From assembly GCA_028534125.1 (NCBI GenBank), contig CM052817.1, positions 23,748,001 through 23,812,000 of the forward strand: DNA of 64,000 bases, given 5' to 3'. Shown one piece after another: positions 63,875 through 64,000 of this stretch. The translations under genes and the position numbers were made by a program. The notes beneath the pieces were generated by a model. That model searched no databases. It was given only the letters and a program-made list of their open reading frames with translations, and was not told where the DNA came from. Source of the stretch: Lama glama (taxonomy: Eukaryota). Numbering within the stretch: position 1 is the stretch's first letter; each line of letters starts with the position of its first letter.

Positions 63875-64000
63875 TTCATTTCTTCACAGAGTATTAAGGG
63901 TCTAGTATGCACTTGGTTCTAATAACATTAACGCAGATAAAGATGGCTTCTGGACTTGTAGTGCAGTGTTGGAGACACAGATAAACATGTGCTAACCAAC
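63875..64000 (-). mobile_element. L2 3' end fragment
   Basis: cattcatttcttcacagagtattaagggtctagtatgc antisense L2 tail pattern. Confidence 0.5.

Noticed and set aside
1..64000. A novel multi-gene biological system
   Set aside because: Apart from ARAP2, everything recognisable is decayed transposable-element sequence. I found no intact unexplained long ORF, RNA gene or organised array.

Overview
Mammalian, AT-rich, repeat-dense genomic DNA. It is most likely camelid, because four insertions of a tRNA(Ala)-derived SINE resemble the Vic-1 family. The only gene I can support is the 3' end of ARAP2 on the minus strand. Six coding exons (62199-62060, 53533-53451, 52377-52342, 50391-50328, 44896-44762, 39422-39039) have canonical AG/GT boundaries and compatible phases. 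They encode the last PH domain and the C-terminal tail, followed by a 3'UTR of roughly 2 kb. Positions 1 to about 36.8 kb are downstream intergenic DNA. That part holds three internally deleted minus-strand L1s, a fragmented class-III-like ERV (LTR, PBS-Arg, gag, RNaseH/integrase, env-like remnant), solo LTRs, a twin-primed L1, and L2/MIR/CR1 and DNA-transposon relics. I see no evidence for a new biological system. The best candidates for follow-up are the env-bearing class-III-like provirus, a Tigger MITE inside the ARAP2 3'UTR, and several mechanistically informative retrotransposition structures. Repeat family names and protein comparisons come from memory, not from searches, and most repeat boundaries are approximate.
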